DNA from: Candidatus Eiseniibacteriota bacterium
GTDB taxonomy: Bacteria > Eisenbacteria > RBG-16-71-46 > SZUA-252
Direction of reading: 5' to 3'
DNA length: 64,000 nucleotides
Assembly (NCBI GenBank): GCA_963703225.1
Contig: OY969801.1
Coordinates: forward strand, 2,528,001-2,592,000
Numbering within the stretch: the first letter of the stretch is position 1; every line of letters starts with the position of its first letter. The translations under genes were made by a program, and so were the position numbers. Below, piece after piece: positions 28,612-37,731 of this stretch. A model generated the notes under the pieces. The model was not told where the DNA came from. It searched no databases and saw only the letters and a program-made list of their open reading frames with translations.

Positions 28612-29893
28612 GGCCGTGCGCCATCCACGCGGCGGGGATCAGCGCCTCCGTGCCGAAGCGGGCGCGGACTCGGTCGAGGGCGTGCTCCAAGGCGACGCAG
28701 CGCCCCGCGGGTGAGGGTTCCGGGAACGCAAGCCTTCGGGCACACGGGTCCTCGCCCGCAAGAAGCCAAGACGCGGGCTGCGGACGGTGCCCTGCGGCTT
28801 CGTTCCCGGAGCCCTCCCACAGGGTGAGCTGCGTCGCGCGCGGCGCGGCTTCGTGCGCCTCGAGGCGGATGCGGCGGACGCGAACGCGGCGGGTGACGGC
28901 ACGGTCGAGGAGCGAGAGCGCGGCCGCGCGGAGCGCGTGCTCGGCCGCGGTCGGTGGCGTGAGCGCTTGGCGCGCGTGGCCCTCGCGGGCGTCGGCGTAG
29001 AGAACGGAGATCGTGAGCGAGCCCACCTGGGCGGCGCGCATGCGGAGCCCGACGCCGAGCTCGACGACCAGGCGCGCGAGGCGCGCCGCGATGACGCGGC
29101 CGTCGTTGGTTTCCTGGACGAGCGTTTCCTCGGCGATCGCGAGGCGCGGCGGCGCGAGGGTCCGGCGAGGTCCTCCGTCCAATCCGCGCGCCTCTCGCCA
29201 GAGCGCCGTCGCCGCCGAGCCTCCGAACGCGGCGAGAAGCTGCTCCGGGCTCAACGCCTGAACGTCACGCACCGCGCGCGCGTTCAAGAGATCGAGCCGC
29301 GCCGCAGCGATGCGCTCGCGCGCGGACGGCAGAACCCGCACGGAGAGCGGCGCCAGGAACGCCACCTCGCTTCCGGGGAGTACGTCGAGCAGTTCCCCAT
29401 CGGGCGCGAGCACGGTCGCGGCCACGCGGCTCACCAGGCGCGTCGCGGCGATCCCGAGCGTCGGATGGAGGCGGAAGGCGCGCTCCACGCCCCGCCCCGC
29501 CTCGGCCGCGCGGTCGCGTGCGTCGGCGTGCGTGCGCGCAACGCCGGTCAGGTTGAGGGCGAAGCGCCCCGACGGCCCCGGCGCGGCGCGGTCCTCGTCG
29601 GCGAAGGGGGCGAACGGCGAGAGCTGCGCGCGGATGGAGTCGGAGAGCCCGGCATAGAGGTCGCGATCGGGCGGGAGCGCGATCAGGTCGCGGCAAAGCC
29701 GCCGCGCCACGAGGAGCGGCGTGCCGGGCAAGATTCCCGCGGCGCGCGCCTCGCGCGAAACGGCGACCACGCGCGGGCGCGACGAGTCGGAGGGAGCCAG
29801 CGCGAGCGGACGGCCGGCGAGCTTGGGGCAGCGGAGCCGCTCGGCCTGGATGGCGAAGGAATCGATGGCGATGTGGAGGATGGTCGCGTTCAC
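28583..29893 (-). CDS. imuB: ImuB-like catalytically degenerate Y-family polymerase
   Basis: Y-family N-terminus (ILHIAIDSF, VVAVS.EAR..GI..G) without the canonical DMDAF and SIDE catalytic residues. Clamp-binding-like QLTLW. C-terminal ALDRVRARFG. Confidence 0.8.
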   Translation of the reverse strand: MNATILHIAIDSFAIQAERLRCPKLAGRPLALAPSDSSRPRVVAVSREARAAGILPGTPLLVARRLCRDLIALPPDRDLYAGLSDSIRAQLSPFAPFADEDRAAPGPSGRFALNLTGVARTHADARDRAAEAGRGVERAFRLHPTLGIAATRLVSRVAATVLAPDGELLDVLPGSEVAFLAPLSVRVLPSARERIAAARLDLLNARAVRDVQALSPEQLLAAFGGSAATALWREARGLDGGPRRTLAPPRLAIAEETLVQETNDGRVIAARLARLVVELGVGLRMRAAQVGSLTISVLYADAREGHARQALTPPTAAEHALRAAALSLLDRAVTRRVRVRRIRLEAHEAAPRATQLTLWEGSGNEAAGHRPQPASWLLAGEDPCARRLAFPEPSPAGRCVALEHALDRVRARFGTEALIPAAWMAHGLVVRTPARP

Positions 29894-29909
29894 CGCGACG
29901 CTTCCCTTC

Positions 29910-30203
29910 CTAGCGGGTCAGACGCTCTGTGCGATTGATGTCGAAGGGATGGTCGATCAGAGGCTCCACACGCTCGAGGAAGCGGACCGTGTGCGGCAGA
30001 TCGGCGTGCAGCTCGAACGCCTCTTCGTCCTTCCAATGCGAGTGGATGAAGAACAGTCGCGGCTCCCGCACCGACCGGAAGGCGTCGATGTAGAGACAGT
30101 CCGGCTCCTGGCGCGACGGACCCTGGCCGTCCAGGATCGCTTCTGCTACGGCGGCCTCGTTGCCGGGCTTTGCGTGAAATCGCGCGATGATGTGGAGTCC
30201 CAT
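29910..30203 (-). CDS. Antibiotic biosynthesis monooxygenase (putative quinol monooxygenase) family protein
   Basis: IIARF.AKPG, SRQEPDCL, W.DEEAF..H...PH. AGGAGG RBS. Confidence 0.8.
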   Translation of the reverse strand: MGLHIIARFHAKPGNEAAVAEAILDGQGPSRQEPDCLYIDAFRSVREPRLFFIHSHWKDEEAFELHADLPHTVRFLERVEPLIDHPFDINRTERLTR

Positions 30204-30214
30204 GGCCCGCCCTC

Positions 30215-30694
30215 CTAGTCGAACTCGAACTTGGGATCGGCCGGCGTCTGCTCGGCTCCGACGCGGCCCACGACGATGTCGGCGCGGTTGTAGCTCTCCC
30301 CCTTCATCGGCGCGCCCGAGTACCGCCGCAGCATCGCGAGTTGCCCGGTGTGGGTCAGCGCGTCCGCCACCGGCCCCTGGAAGAGGCGCGGCAGCTCGTA
30401 GCCAAGCGGCTCGTTGGAGGCGAGGAAGTCGTCGAAGGCTTTGAGCGCCGCGAAGAACCGCCGGCATTCGTCTTGCCACGGCTGGGGCGTCGCGGTGGTC
30501 CACTTCCCCTCTCCCCGCGCCATCCGTAGGGCCCAGTCGAAGAGGTCCCCCATGTGCGCGACGATTTGGACCGGCGTGTTGGCGTGCGGTGTCGCCTGGA
30601 ACGACGCGAACGACTCCGGCGCGCCGCGCATGGTCTTGGCGGCGCGGTAGGCCAGCGTGGCCACGGTGTGACGCAGCAATTCCCGATCGGTCAT
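30215..30694 (-). CDS. DinB/YfiT-superfamily four-helix bundle protein
   Basis: TP.QIVAHM.D, DALTHTGQLAMLRR. GGAGG RBS. Confidence 0.75.
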   Translation of the reverse strand: MTDRELLRHTVATLAYRAAKTMRGAPESFASFQATPHANTPVQIVAHMGDLFDWALRMARGEGKWTTATPQPWQDECRRFFAALKAFDDFLASNEPLGYELPRLFQGPVADALTHTGQLAMLRRYSGAPMKGESYNRADIVVGRVGAEQTPADPKFEFD

Positions 30695-30710
30695 CTGTGG
30701 TGCCCCCCTC

Positions 30711-31307
30711 CTACGGATACCGGCGTAACAAGCCCACCAGCACTCCCCGGATCTCGACGCGGTCGGCGGCGACGCGGACCGGCGCGAAGGCTGCGTTTGC
30801 GGGACGCAGCTCGACGCGCGCGCCCGTTTGGTGGAACCGCTTCAACGTCGCCTCGCCGTCCACGATCGCCACGACCGTCTGACCGTTCTCAGCCCGCTGC
30901 GCGCGTCGCACCACCACGACGTCACCGTCGTGGATCCCGTCCTCGATCATCGAGTCGCCGCTCACGCGGAGCGCGTAGCGCTCGCCCGCGCCGGCCATCG
31001 CCGCCGGGATCTCGATTTCCTCCGGAACCTCGACCGGCTCGATCGGCCGGCCCGCCGCCACCACGCCGAGGAGTGGGATGGTGTCTCCATCGGCGCGGCG
31101 GGCAGGCGGGGCCAGCCAACGCTTGGCGTTCGGGGGTGCGGGCGCGAGGTAGCCGCGGCGGCGGAGCTGGGTGATCAGCTTCGCCACCGCGTTGAGCGAG
31201 GCCACCCCCAAATGGCGGCGAAGCTCCTCATATGAGGGGGCGAACCCCCTTCGCTCGCGGAAGGCGGCTATGAAGTCGTAGACTGCCCGTTGCCTGGGGG
31301 TTAGCAC
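30711..31307 (-). CDS. lexA: LexA repressor
   Basis: LTPRQ..VYDFI, G..PSYEEL, cleavage site VAAG.P, catalytic GDSMI and ATLKR, L.PAN. GTG start with AAGGGAAG RBS. Confidence 0.95.
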   Translation of the reverse strand: MLTPRQRAVYDFIAAFRERRGFAPSYEELRRHLGVASLNAVAKLITQLRRRGYLAPAPPNAKRWLAPPARRADGDTIPLLGVVAAGRPIEPVEVPEEIEIPAAMAGAGERYALRVSGDSMIEDGIHDGDVVVVRRAQRAENGQTVVAIVDGEATLKRFHQTGARVELRPANAAFAPVRVAADRVEIRGVLVGLLRRYP

Positions 31308-31414
31308 GGTTCTTCCCTTTCCGGGTTGCCCGGTGCGGCCGCGCGGCGCCCTGTGGCGGCCGTCCGGGAACCCTCCGTGGGGCGGTACGCTAGGCGCGCC
31401 CCGCGGATACACAA

Positions 31415-31443
31415 AGCATAGGTGAATAAAAGGTGAAAGTCAA
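31415..31443 (-). promoter_or_regulatory. lexA sigma70 promoter with a direct repeat (candidate LexA operator) in the spacer
   Basis: Minus strand TTGACT (31443-31438), 17 nt, TATGCT (31420-31415). The spacer carries TTCACCT-ttta-TTCACCT (plus-strand AGGTGAA at 31420-31426 and 31431-31437). Confidence 0.7.
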
Positions 31444-31490
31444 GGGGAAAACGAGCGCCTCGGGCCCGGTGAGGGTAGGCTTGCGCGCAC

Positions 31491-31910
31491 ATGCAAAGCG
31501 GCACAGACGAATTGAAATCCACCGCCAGGCGATGGATCGAGGTGGTGTGGCAGCAGCGGGACGTGGAGGCCGTGGATGGCCTCCACGCTCCCGACTTCAT
31601 CGACCGCAGCCCCGGCGATCGTGGCCCCACGCGCGATGACTACAAGCGTGGGCTGCGCGACTTCTTCGCCGCCTTCCCCGACTTCCACACCACCATCGAG
31701 GACCTCGTCATCGACCGCGACAAATCTTCGGTCGCGATCCGATGGACCGCGAACGCCACGCACGCCGGCGCGTATCTGGGCGTGCCGCCCAGCGGGAAAC
31801 GGATCGAGTTCGCGGGAATCGAGATCATCCGGGTCGAGGATGGCCGCATCACGGAGCGATGGGGCGAATGGGACGGGATGAGTCTCCTACGCCAACTCGG
31901 GGCCTGGTAG
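31491..31910 (+). CDS. SnoaL-like ester cyclase (NTF2-like)
   Basis: AFPD...TIEDLV, THAG.YLGVPPSGKRI...GI.I.R..DGRI.E.W. Confidence 0.9.
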   Translation: MQSGTDELKSTARRWIEVVWQQRDVEAVDGLHAPDFIDRSPGDRGPTRDDYKRGLRDFFAAFPDFHTTIEDLVIDRDKSSVAIRWTANATHAGAYLGVPPSGKRIEFAGIEIIRVEDGRITERWGEWDGMSLLRQLGAW

Positions 31911-31919
31911 GATCAGCGC

Positions 31920-32768
31920 ATGAATCCGACCACGATCTCGGTTTTCCGCTCCTTTCGCACTCCCCTGCTCGAAGTCTGGCTCTACCTCACGCGCCCCGAG
32001 CTCCTCGCGCGATGGCTGGGCAAGGTGGAGCTGGATCTGATCCACGACGGTGAGATGAGCCTGGAAACCTGGAACGGGGAGGTCGCCCGGGGTCACGTCG
32101 TCTCGGTCACGCCGCCGATCAAGCTGGAGCTCGCCTGGCGCACCTCCGCGCTCGCCCAGGAGAGCCACGTCATATTCCGACTCGAGGGCGACGGCCCGGG
32201 CTCACGCTTCACGGTGACCCACGACGGCTTGAGGAGTGAGCTGGAGAGGCGGGCGGCGCGCCAGATGTGGAAAGAGGCCCTCACGGCGCTTCGCGCGGCG
32301 CTCCACGATGGAGTCGACGCCCACGAATGGGGCTCCGGGATCGCGGTCGCGGCGCGCGTGCACGTCCCCCGCTCGGCCTTAGATCTCTGGCCCTTGATCT
32401 CGACCGGGGCCGGGATCGAATCGTGGGTGGCGCACGTGGAGCGATTCGACGCCGAGCCCGGCGGCAGCTTCCGGCTCACGTCCAAGTTTCAGGGCCGGGA
32501 GGTGGTCGAAGAGGGGCGGATCGAGGAGATCACCCCCGAATCTCGCGTCGCGCTCTCGTGGGAGTGGACCGGCGAGGAGTGGGGATCGGCGACCCGGGTC
32601 GAGTTCTCCATTGAGGCCGAGAACGCGGGCTCGTCGGTGCTCATCGTCCACTCGGGATTCGATCGGATCGCTCCCGAGCGGCGCCTCGCGGCCCGGAGGA
32701 ACTACGCGAGTGCGTGGCCGGAAGTTCTCGCGGACCTGAAGCGCCTGGTCACGCCGGTCGCGGCGTAG
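31920..32768 (+). CDS. Tandem SRPBCC/AHSA1 domain protein
   Basis: Two copies of the VW..LT.P..L..W ... V.F.L ... H.G ... W...L..L pattern. Confidence 0.8.
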   Translation: MNPTTISVFRSFRTPLLEVWLYLTRPELLARWLGKVELDLIHDGEMSLETWNGEVARGHVVSVTPPIKLELAWRTSALAQESHVIFRLEGDGPGSRFTVTHDGLRSELERRAARQMWKEALTALRAALHDGVDAHEWGSGIAVAARVHVPRSALDLWPLISTGAGIESWVAHVERFDAEPGGSFRLTSKFQGREVVEEGRIEEITPESRVALSWEWTGEEWGSATRVEFSIEAENAGSSVLIVHSGFDRIAPERRLAARRNYASAWPEVLADLKRLVTPVAA

Positions 32769-32824
32769 CAAGCTGCGCGCAGCGACCCACACCACAGACG
32801 CCCCGCGCCGGCGGCGAACCCACG

Positions 32825-33835
32825 CTACACCCGCAGAACGATCTTCCCCACATTGCCCCGCGATTCCAGCAGGCGATGGGCCAAGCCGGCCTCGGCGAGC
32901 GGCATCACGCGCCCGGGCGCCGGATGGATTTCCCCGGCGGCCGCCCATGCAACCAATGTCTCCAGCACGTGCCGGGCGAGGACGGTGTCCTCCATGAGCT
33001 TCTTCAGATTGACGCCGTAGAGACCGCGACTCGGCGCCAGAAGATCGAGGTAGGTGAAGCGCGGGGCGCGGAGGAAGAACGCGAGCGCGCCGAGGAGACC
33101 GCGGTTCGAGATCTGCCCGACCCCCATGCTGACCAGGCGGCCTCCCGGCTTCAGCGCGCGGAGCCCGTCCTGGATCGAGCGTCCGCCGATCGAGTCGAGG
33201 ACGATGTCGAAGGCCGGTCCGCCAAAGAGTCGCTTCGCCACCTTGTGCACCCTCATCCGCTTCACCGGGACGACGTGCTTGACCCCTTCGGCGATCAGCC
33301 GCCCCCGCTTGAAGTGAGTGCTCGCCGCCGCCACGATCTCGAGGCCGGCGCGCCGCGCCAGATCGACCGCCGCCATTCCGACGCCGCCGGCCGCGGCATG
33401 GATGAAGACGCGCATCCCGGGCTCGACGGGCCCGGTCCTATGCAAAGCGATGTAGGCGGTGCCGTAGTTGAGCGGCAGCAGCACGGCCGATTGATACGGG
33501 ATGGAGTCGGGGATCGGAAAGACCTGCGCCGCGGGCACCGCGACCTTCTCCGCGTACCCCCCGTCGCTATGAAAGGCGAGGACCCGCTGCCCGACGCGGA
33601 GCCCGGCCACGTTCTCGCCGACCTGGATGATCTCCCCCGCGGTCTCATGGCCGAGGATGTACGGCCGGTGGGGCGCTTCGGGATTCAGCCCCTGCCGCGC
33701 GAGGACGTCGGTGAAGTTGACGCCGGCGGTGCGGACCAGCACGAGGACATCGTGGGGCCCAACCTGGGGATCATCGCACTGCTCGAGCCTGAGGCTTTCG
33801 GGCGGACCTGACTTGCGTAGGTAGACCGCGCGCAT
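32825..33835 (-). CDS. MDR-family NAD(P)H:quinone oxidoreductase (VAT-1/zeta-crystallin-like)
   Basis: GVNF.D..ARQG, ILGHETAG, GGYAE, NYGTAY, IHAAAGGVG, LESRGNVGKIVL. Confidence 0.88.
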   Translation of the reverse strand: MRAVYLRKSGPPESLRLEQCDDPQVGPHDVLVLVRTAGVNFTDVLARQGLNPEAPHRPYILGHETAGEIIQVGENVAGLRVGQRVLAFHSDGGYAEKVAVPAAQVFPIPDSIPYQSAVLLPLNYGTAYIALHRTGPVEPGMRVFIHAAAGGVGMAAVDLARRAGLEIVAAASTHFKRGRLIAEGVKHVVPVKRMRVHKVAKRLFGGPAFDIVLDSIGGRSIQDGLRALKPGGRLVSMGVGQISNRGLLGALAFFLRAPRFTYLDLLAPSRGLYGVNLKKLMEDTVLARHVLETLVAWAAAGEIHPAPGRVMPLAEAGLAHRLLESRGNVGKIVLRV

Positions 33836-33843
33836 CGAGCCCC

Positions 33844-34269
33844 TCACGCGGGAGCCTTTCCCGCGCCCGCCGCAATCGAACCCGATTGGATCCGGCGCGC
33901 CAGCTCTTCGACCCGCGCGCGGAGGAGATCGCGGATCCGACGCACTTCCGCCGCAGGCTTGCCGCTGGGATCCTCGATTCCCCAGTCCTCTACCTTTCGG
34001 CCGGGGTAGTCGCAGACGGCTGGATCGTCGCATCCCATCGAGATCACCAGGTCCGCGGCGGCCAGCGTCTCCGGGCTCACTTTCTTCGGAACCCGCCCCG
34101 CGAGATCGATGCCCACCTCACGCATCACCTCGACGACGGCGGGATGAACCGCGGCCGCGGGGCTCGATCCGCCCGAGAGCGCGACGTGCCCCTTGGCCAG
34201 GCGCTCGAAGAACGCTTGCGCCATCTGGCTTCGCCCGGCGTTCTGGCGGCAGAGGAAGAGGACGGTCAT
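33844..34269 (-). CDS. Low-molecular-weight phosphatase-fold arsenate reductase (ArsC-like)
   Basis: P-loop VLFLCRQNAGRSQMA, ISMGC...C, DW.IEDP.G. Confidence 0.85.
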   Translation of the reverse strand: MTVLFLCRQNAGRSQMAQAFFERLAKGHVALSGGSSPAAAVHPAVVEVMREVGIDLAGRVPKKVSPETLAAADLVISMGCDDPAVCDYPGRKVEDWGIEDPSGKPAAEVRRIRDLLRARVEELARRIQSGSIAAGAGKAPA

Positions 34270-34276
34270 GGGATGA

Positions 34277-34981
34277 CTATACCCGATCGCGGAGCCGCCG
34301 GGCCGCGTCGAAGACTCCGCGCCACATCGCGGCGGTGAGCTTGCCTGTGCTGGTGTTCTGCTGGCTCGGGTGGTAGGAGGCGAGGAGCCAGCCGCCTTCG
34401 GGAAGCGCGAAGCGGGCGCCGTGCGAAAAGGCGGGCCGGCTTTCGAGCTCCGCACGTCCCAGCTCGCGCCGCGCCTTCAACACGGCGTCGAACCCGATCT
34501 TGCCGAGCGCCAAGAGAACCCGCGCGCCCGTCAACGCCTCGAGCTCGCGCGCCAGGTATTCACGGCAGCGGTCCAGCTCGGCTGGCTCGGGCCGATTGCC
34601 TGGAGGGGCGCACCGACCGGCCGCCGTGATGAAGACGCCGTCGAGCGTCAACCCATCGTCCGCGCGGAGCGAGTCGGGCCGGCTGGCGAGCCCCTGGCGG
34701 TGGAGCTCACCAAAGAGCCACTCCCCCGATCGGTCGCCGGTGAACATTCGCCCCGTTCGGTTGGATCCATGGGCGCCCGGGGCGAGTCCAATCAGGATCA
34801 GCCAGGCGGCGGGATCGCCAAAGCCGGGCACCGGTCTTCCCCAATAGACCTCGTCCTTGTAGGCTGCGCGCTTCACCCGCGCGACTTCGGCGCAATAGGT
34901 GCGGAGGCGAGGGCACCGCTCGCAGGCCACCACGTCCCGCGCGATCGCGAGCAGGCCTGCGGCGTGGCGGTCGGGGCGCAT
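34277..34981 (-). CDS. Uracil-DNA glycosylase, family 5 (UdgB-like, Fe-S)
   Basis: C..CPRL, YWGRPVPGFGD, GLAPGAHGSNRTGRMFTGD, RCAPPGN.P, YHPSQQNT. Confidence 0.9.
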   Translation of the reverse strand: MRPDRHAAGLLAIARDVVACERCPRLRTYCAEVARVKRAAYKDEVYWGRPVPGFGDPAAWLILIGLAPGAHGSNRTGRMFTGDRSGEWLFGELHRQGLASRPDSLRADDGLTLDGVFITAAGRCAPPGNRPEPAELDRCREYLARELEALTGARVLLALGKIGFDAVLKARRELGRAELESRPAFSHGARFALPEGGWLLASYHPSQQNTSTGKLTAAMWRGVFDAARRLRDRV

Positions 34982-35021
34982 ATCTGGGAATATAGCCGCT
35001 TCGATCCGCGAGGGAGGGGCC

Positions 35022-35498
35022 ATGGATCTCAAGGATTACTTCGAAGCGACCTGGGAGGCGAGGGGGCGACTTATGACCGCCGCCGCCACTCTGACACCCG
35101 AGGAATGGACTCGCGAATTCCCGTTCTCCTGGAAGTCGATTCGAAATCTCTTCGCCCACATCATCGAAGTGGAAGGCTCCTGGGTGGCGGAGAACATCGA
35201 GAAGGGCGAGTGGAAATTCCCGGGCGAGGCGGAAATCGCGCGCAATTACGCCACGCCCCAGATGGCCCGCGCCCGCGGTGAAGAGGTGGCCGAGCAGACC
35301 CGCCGCGTTCTCTCGGCGTATGTCCCGGCTCGGCTCCGCGAGCTGCGCCGCGGCACCGAGATCGACGGGACCGAGTCGACGTTCACCGTCGAGCAGATCC
35401 TGACCCACGTCTTCACCCACGAGCTGCGCCACCAGGGGCAGCTCCAGGCCATGCTCCGCCTCCTTGGAAAAGCCGCCCCGAACGCGGACTGGATCTAG
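35022..35498 (+). CDS. DinB family protein
   Basis: SIRNLFAHIIEVE, ILTHVFTHELRHQGQL..MLR.LG. GGGAGG RBS. Confidence 0.85.
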   Translation: MDLKDYFEATWEARGRLMTAAATLTPEEWTREFPFSWKSIRNLFAHIIEVEGSWVAENIEKGEWKFPGEAEIARNYATPQMARARGEEVAEQTRRVLSAYVPARLRELRRGTEIDGTESTFTVEQILTHVFTHELRHQGQLQAMLRLLGKAAPNADWI

Positions 35499-35587
35499 GC
35501 GGAGCGCCGCGCACCCGGGATCTCCTTGATCGGCGCGCGGATCCGAGCGAAAATAGGACCCCGGTCCAGGAGGCCGGACGCCCACTC

Positions 35588-36409
35588 ATGCAGCCTCTCA
35601 TCCCACTTCTAACAACCGTACTCCCAGTGCTTTACGCGCTCAGCGTCGCGACCTACGCGCGCGCCTATGCAGATGAGGCGTCGACCGGCGGCCGCTGGGG
35701 TCCCGGGATACTCCGCGCGGCGCTTCTCGTCCACGTCCTCTACCTCTCGGCGCGCGGCGTGACGGAGGGACACCTTCCGCTCGCGTCGGTATACGATTTT
35801 CTCTCCGCGACCGCGCTGTCGCTCGCGGCGGTCTACGTCTATCTCGAGATGCGCCAGGGAATCCGCAGCACAGGCATTTTCGTCCTGCCGATCGTGTTCC
35901 TGATGCAGGTGATCTCTTCGGCGTACGGCGGCGGGGCGGTCACGCGCCAGCCGCCGCTCTTCCCGATCTGGTTCGAGATCCACACGCTGGCCGCGGTCCT
36001 CGGCTACGGGGCCTTCTTCGTCTCGGCGATCTACGGCGTGCTCTTCCTGCTCCTCTATCGGGAGATCAAGGGGAACCGCCTCTCGTTTTTTCTCCGGCGC
36101 ATGCCGCCGCTCGAGACTCTCGGGCGGATGAACGTGAGCGCCGCGAGCGCGGGGCTCGTCCTCCTGGCTTTGGCCATCTTCATGGGGATCGGATGGGCGC
36201 GCCTCGCGGGGGTCAATCTCCTGACCGATCCCAAGACGTGGCTCACGATCGGCGCCTGGCTCGTCCTTGGATTCGCCGTCCTCGCGTACCACCGCCTGGG
36301 TTGGCGAGGGCCGCGTGCGGTCTACGCCTCGCTCGCCGGATTCACCACGCTCCTCGCCTCACGCGTGGTGACCGACCTCTTCGTCCGGTCCTTCCACACC
36401 TTCCGGTGA
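35588..36409 (+). CDS. ccsA: Cytochrome c assembly protein, CcsA/HemX family
   Basis: About 8 TM helices, conserved His (IHTL), LPPLETL-like motif, G..WA, DPK and GWRG.R. First gene of the hem operon. Confidence 0.8.
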   Translation: MQPLIPLLTTVLPVLYALSVATYARAYADEASTGGRWGPGILRAALLVHVLYLSARGVTEGHLPLASVYDFLSATALSLAAVYVYLEMRQGIRSTGIFVLPIVFLMQVISSAYGGGAVTRQPPLFPIWFEIHTLAAVLGYGAFFVSAIYGVLFLLLYREIKGNRLSFFLRRMPPLETLGRMNVSAASAGLVLLALAIFMGIGWARLAGVNLLTDPKTWLTIGAWLVLGFAVLAYHRLGWRGPRAVYASLAGFTTLLASRVVTDLFVRSFHTFR

Positions 36410-37731
36410 CCCCCATGGTCGAGACCGCGGTCCCGAGCCTCGAGCTCTTCTGCGTCGGGCTCAATCACGAAACGTCTCCGCTCGAGGTCCGGGACGCCCT
36501 CGTCCTGAACGAGGAGGAGGTGGAGCGGGCGATCCACGCGCTCCGAGAGCGGGCGGGGGCGAGCGAAGCGCTCGTCATCTCCACCTGTAACCGCACCGAG
36601 GTCTATGCGCGGGGCGCGGCGATCGAGAGCCCCCCGGCCTTCGTGGCCGATCTTCTCCGCGAGATCAAGGGGATGGACTACTCGGGCTCGATGGGGAGCT
36701 ATTTCTACACCTACCACGAGCCGGAGTCGGTGCGGCATCTCTTCCGCGTCGCCTGCGGGCTCGACTCTCAGGTTCTGGGCGAGCCGCAGATCACCGGCCA
36801 GGTGAAGGACGCGCTCTCGCTCGCGGCCAAAGTCGGCGGCTCGGGGCCGGTGCTGGAGCGGCTCCTGGACGCCGCGCTCCGCTCGGCCAAACGGGCGCGC
36901 ACCGAAACGGGGATCGGACGCGGCCCGATCTCGAGCGCCTACGCGGCGGTGGGACTGGCCGGCAAGGTCCTCGGCGCCCTCGCCGACAAGCGGGTTCTCG
37001 TGATCGGCGCGGGCGAGGTGGCGACCCTCGCGGCGCGCCACTTTCAAGAGGCGGGCGTCACGCAATACGTGGTGGCGAACCGCGGCAGAGAGAGAGGCGA
37101 AACCCTGGCCGGGCCCATCGCTGCGCGGCTCGTCTCGCTCGAGGCGATCCCGGTGGTGCTCCCCGGGGCCGACATCGTCATCGGCGCGACCTCCTCGCCC
37201 CTGGCGATCGTGCACGAGCCGATCGTTCGAAACGCGATGAAGATCCGGAAGAACCGCCCCCTTCTCTTTCTCGATCTCGCCGTCCCGCGCGACATCGACC
37301 CTCTCGTTGCGAAGCTTCCCAATGTTTTCCTCCACGACCTCGACGCGCTCGGCGCCCTGGTGGCCCAGAGCCTTGCGCACCGCCGGGCGGAGATCCCCAA
37401 GGTGGAAGCGATCGTGGAGGAGGAGCTGGCTCGCTTCCTGCGCTGGCACCGGTCGCTCGCGGTGAAGCCGACGCTGACGAGCTTCAGGACCCACTTCGAA
37501 AACGTCGCCCGCGAGGAGCTGGCGCGGCATCGGAGCCGCTTTCGCCCCGAGGATCAGGCCGCGCTCGACGCGCTCGTCCACGGAATCGTGCAAAAGCTTC
37601 TCCACCGGCCGACCACCCGGCTGACGCGATCGGACGAGGACGGGGCAAGGGGAATCGCCCGAATCGACGCGATCCAGGATCTCTTCGGAATCGACGCCCA
37701 GGAGGACGATGCGGATCGGGACCCGCGGTAG
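36406..37731 (+). CDS. hemA: Glutamyl-tRNA reductase
   Basis: GLNH.T.PLEVR, STCNRTEVY, HLFRVACGLDS..LGE.QI.GQVK, IGAGE, DLAVPRDID, KLLH.P. Start is GTG 36406 or ATG 36415. Confidence 0.96.
   Translation: MTPMVETAVPSLELFCVGLNHETSPLEVRDALVLNEEEVERAIHALRERAGASEALVISTCNRTEVYARGAAIESPPAFVADLLREIKGMDYSGSMGSYFYTYHEPESVRHLFRVACGLDSQVLGEPQITGQVKDALSLAAKVGGSGPVLERLLDAALRSAKRARTETGIGRGPISSAYAAVGLAGKVLGALADKRVLVIGAGEVATLAARHFQEAGVTQYVVANRGRERGETLAGPIAARLVSLEAIPVVLPGADIVIGATSSPLAIVHEPIVRNAMKIRKNRPLLFLDLAVPRDIDPLVAKLPNVFLHDLDALGALVAQSLAHRRAEIPKVEAIVEEELARFLRWHRSLAVKPTLTSFRTHFENVAREELARHRSRFRPEDQAALDALVHGIVQKLLHRPTTRLTRSDEDGARGIARIDAIQDLFGIDAQEDDADRDPR

Noticed and set aside
25586..28827. Very long alternative-frame and antisense ORFs (e.g. 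25693-28827, 25586-28144, 44010-47273, 55367-57577, 6613-8553)
   Set aside because: They shadow well-supported genes, are Arg/Gly/Pro-rich without motifs, and are expected in high-GC DNA with few stop codons.
23074..34269. Arsenic-resistance operon (ArsR + ArsC)
   Set aside because: The two genes are about 10 kb apart, the ArsR lacks Cys ligands and is coupled to an SRPBCC gene, and no arsB/acr3 is present.
35526..35554. FNR/Crp box upstream of the heme operon
   Set aside because: Only the TTGAT half-site is present, without ATCAA. It may simply be a weak -35 element.
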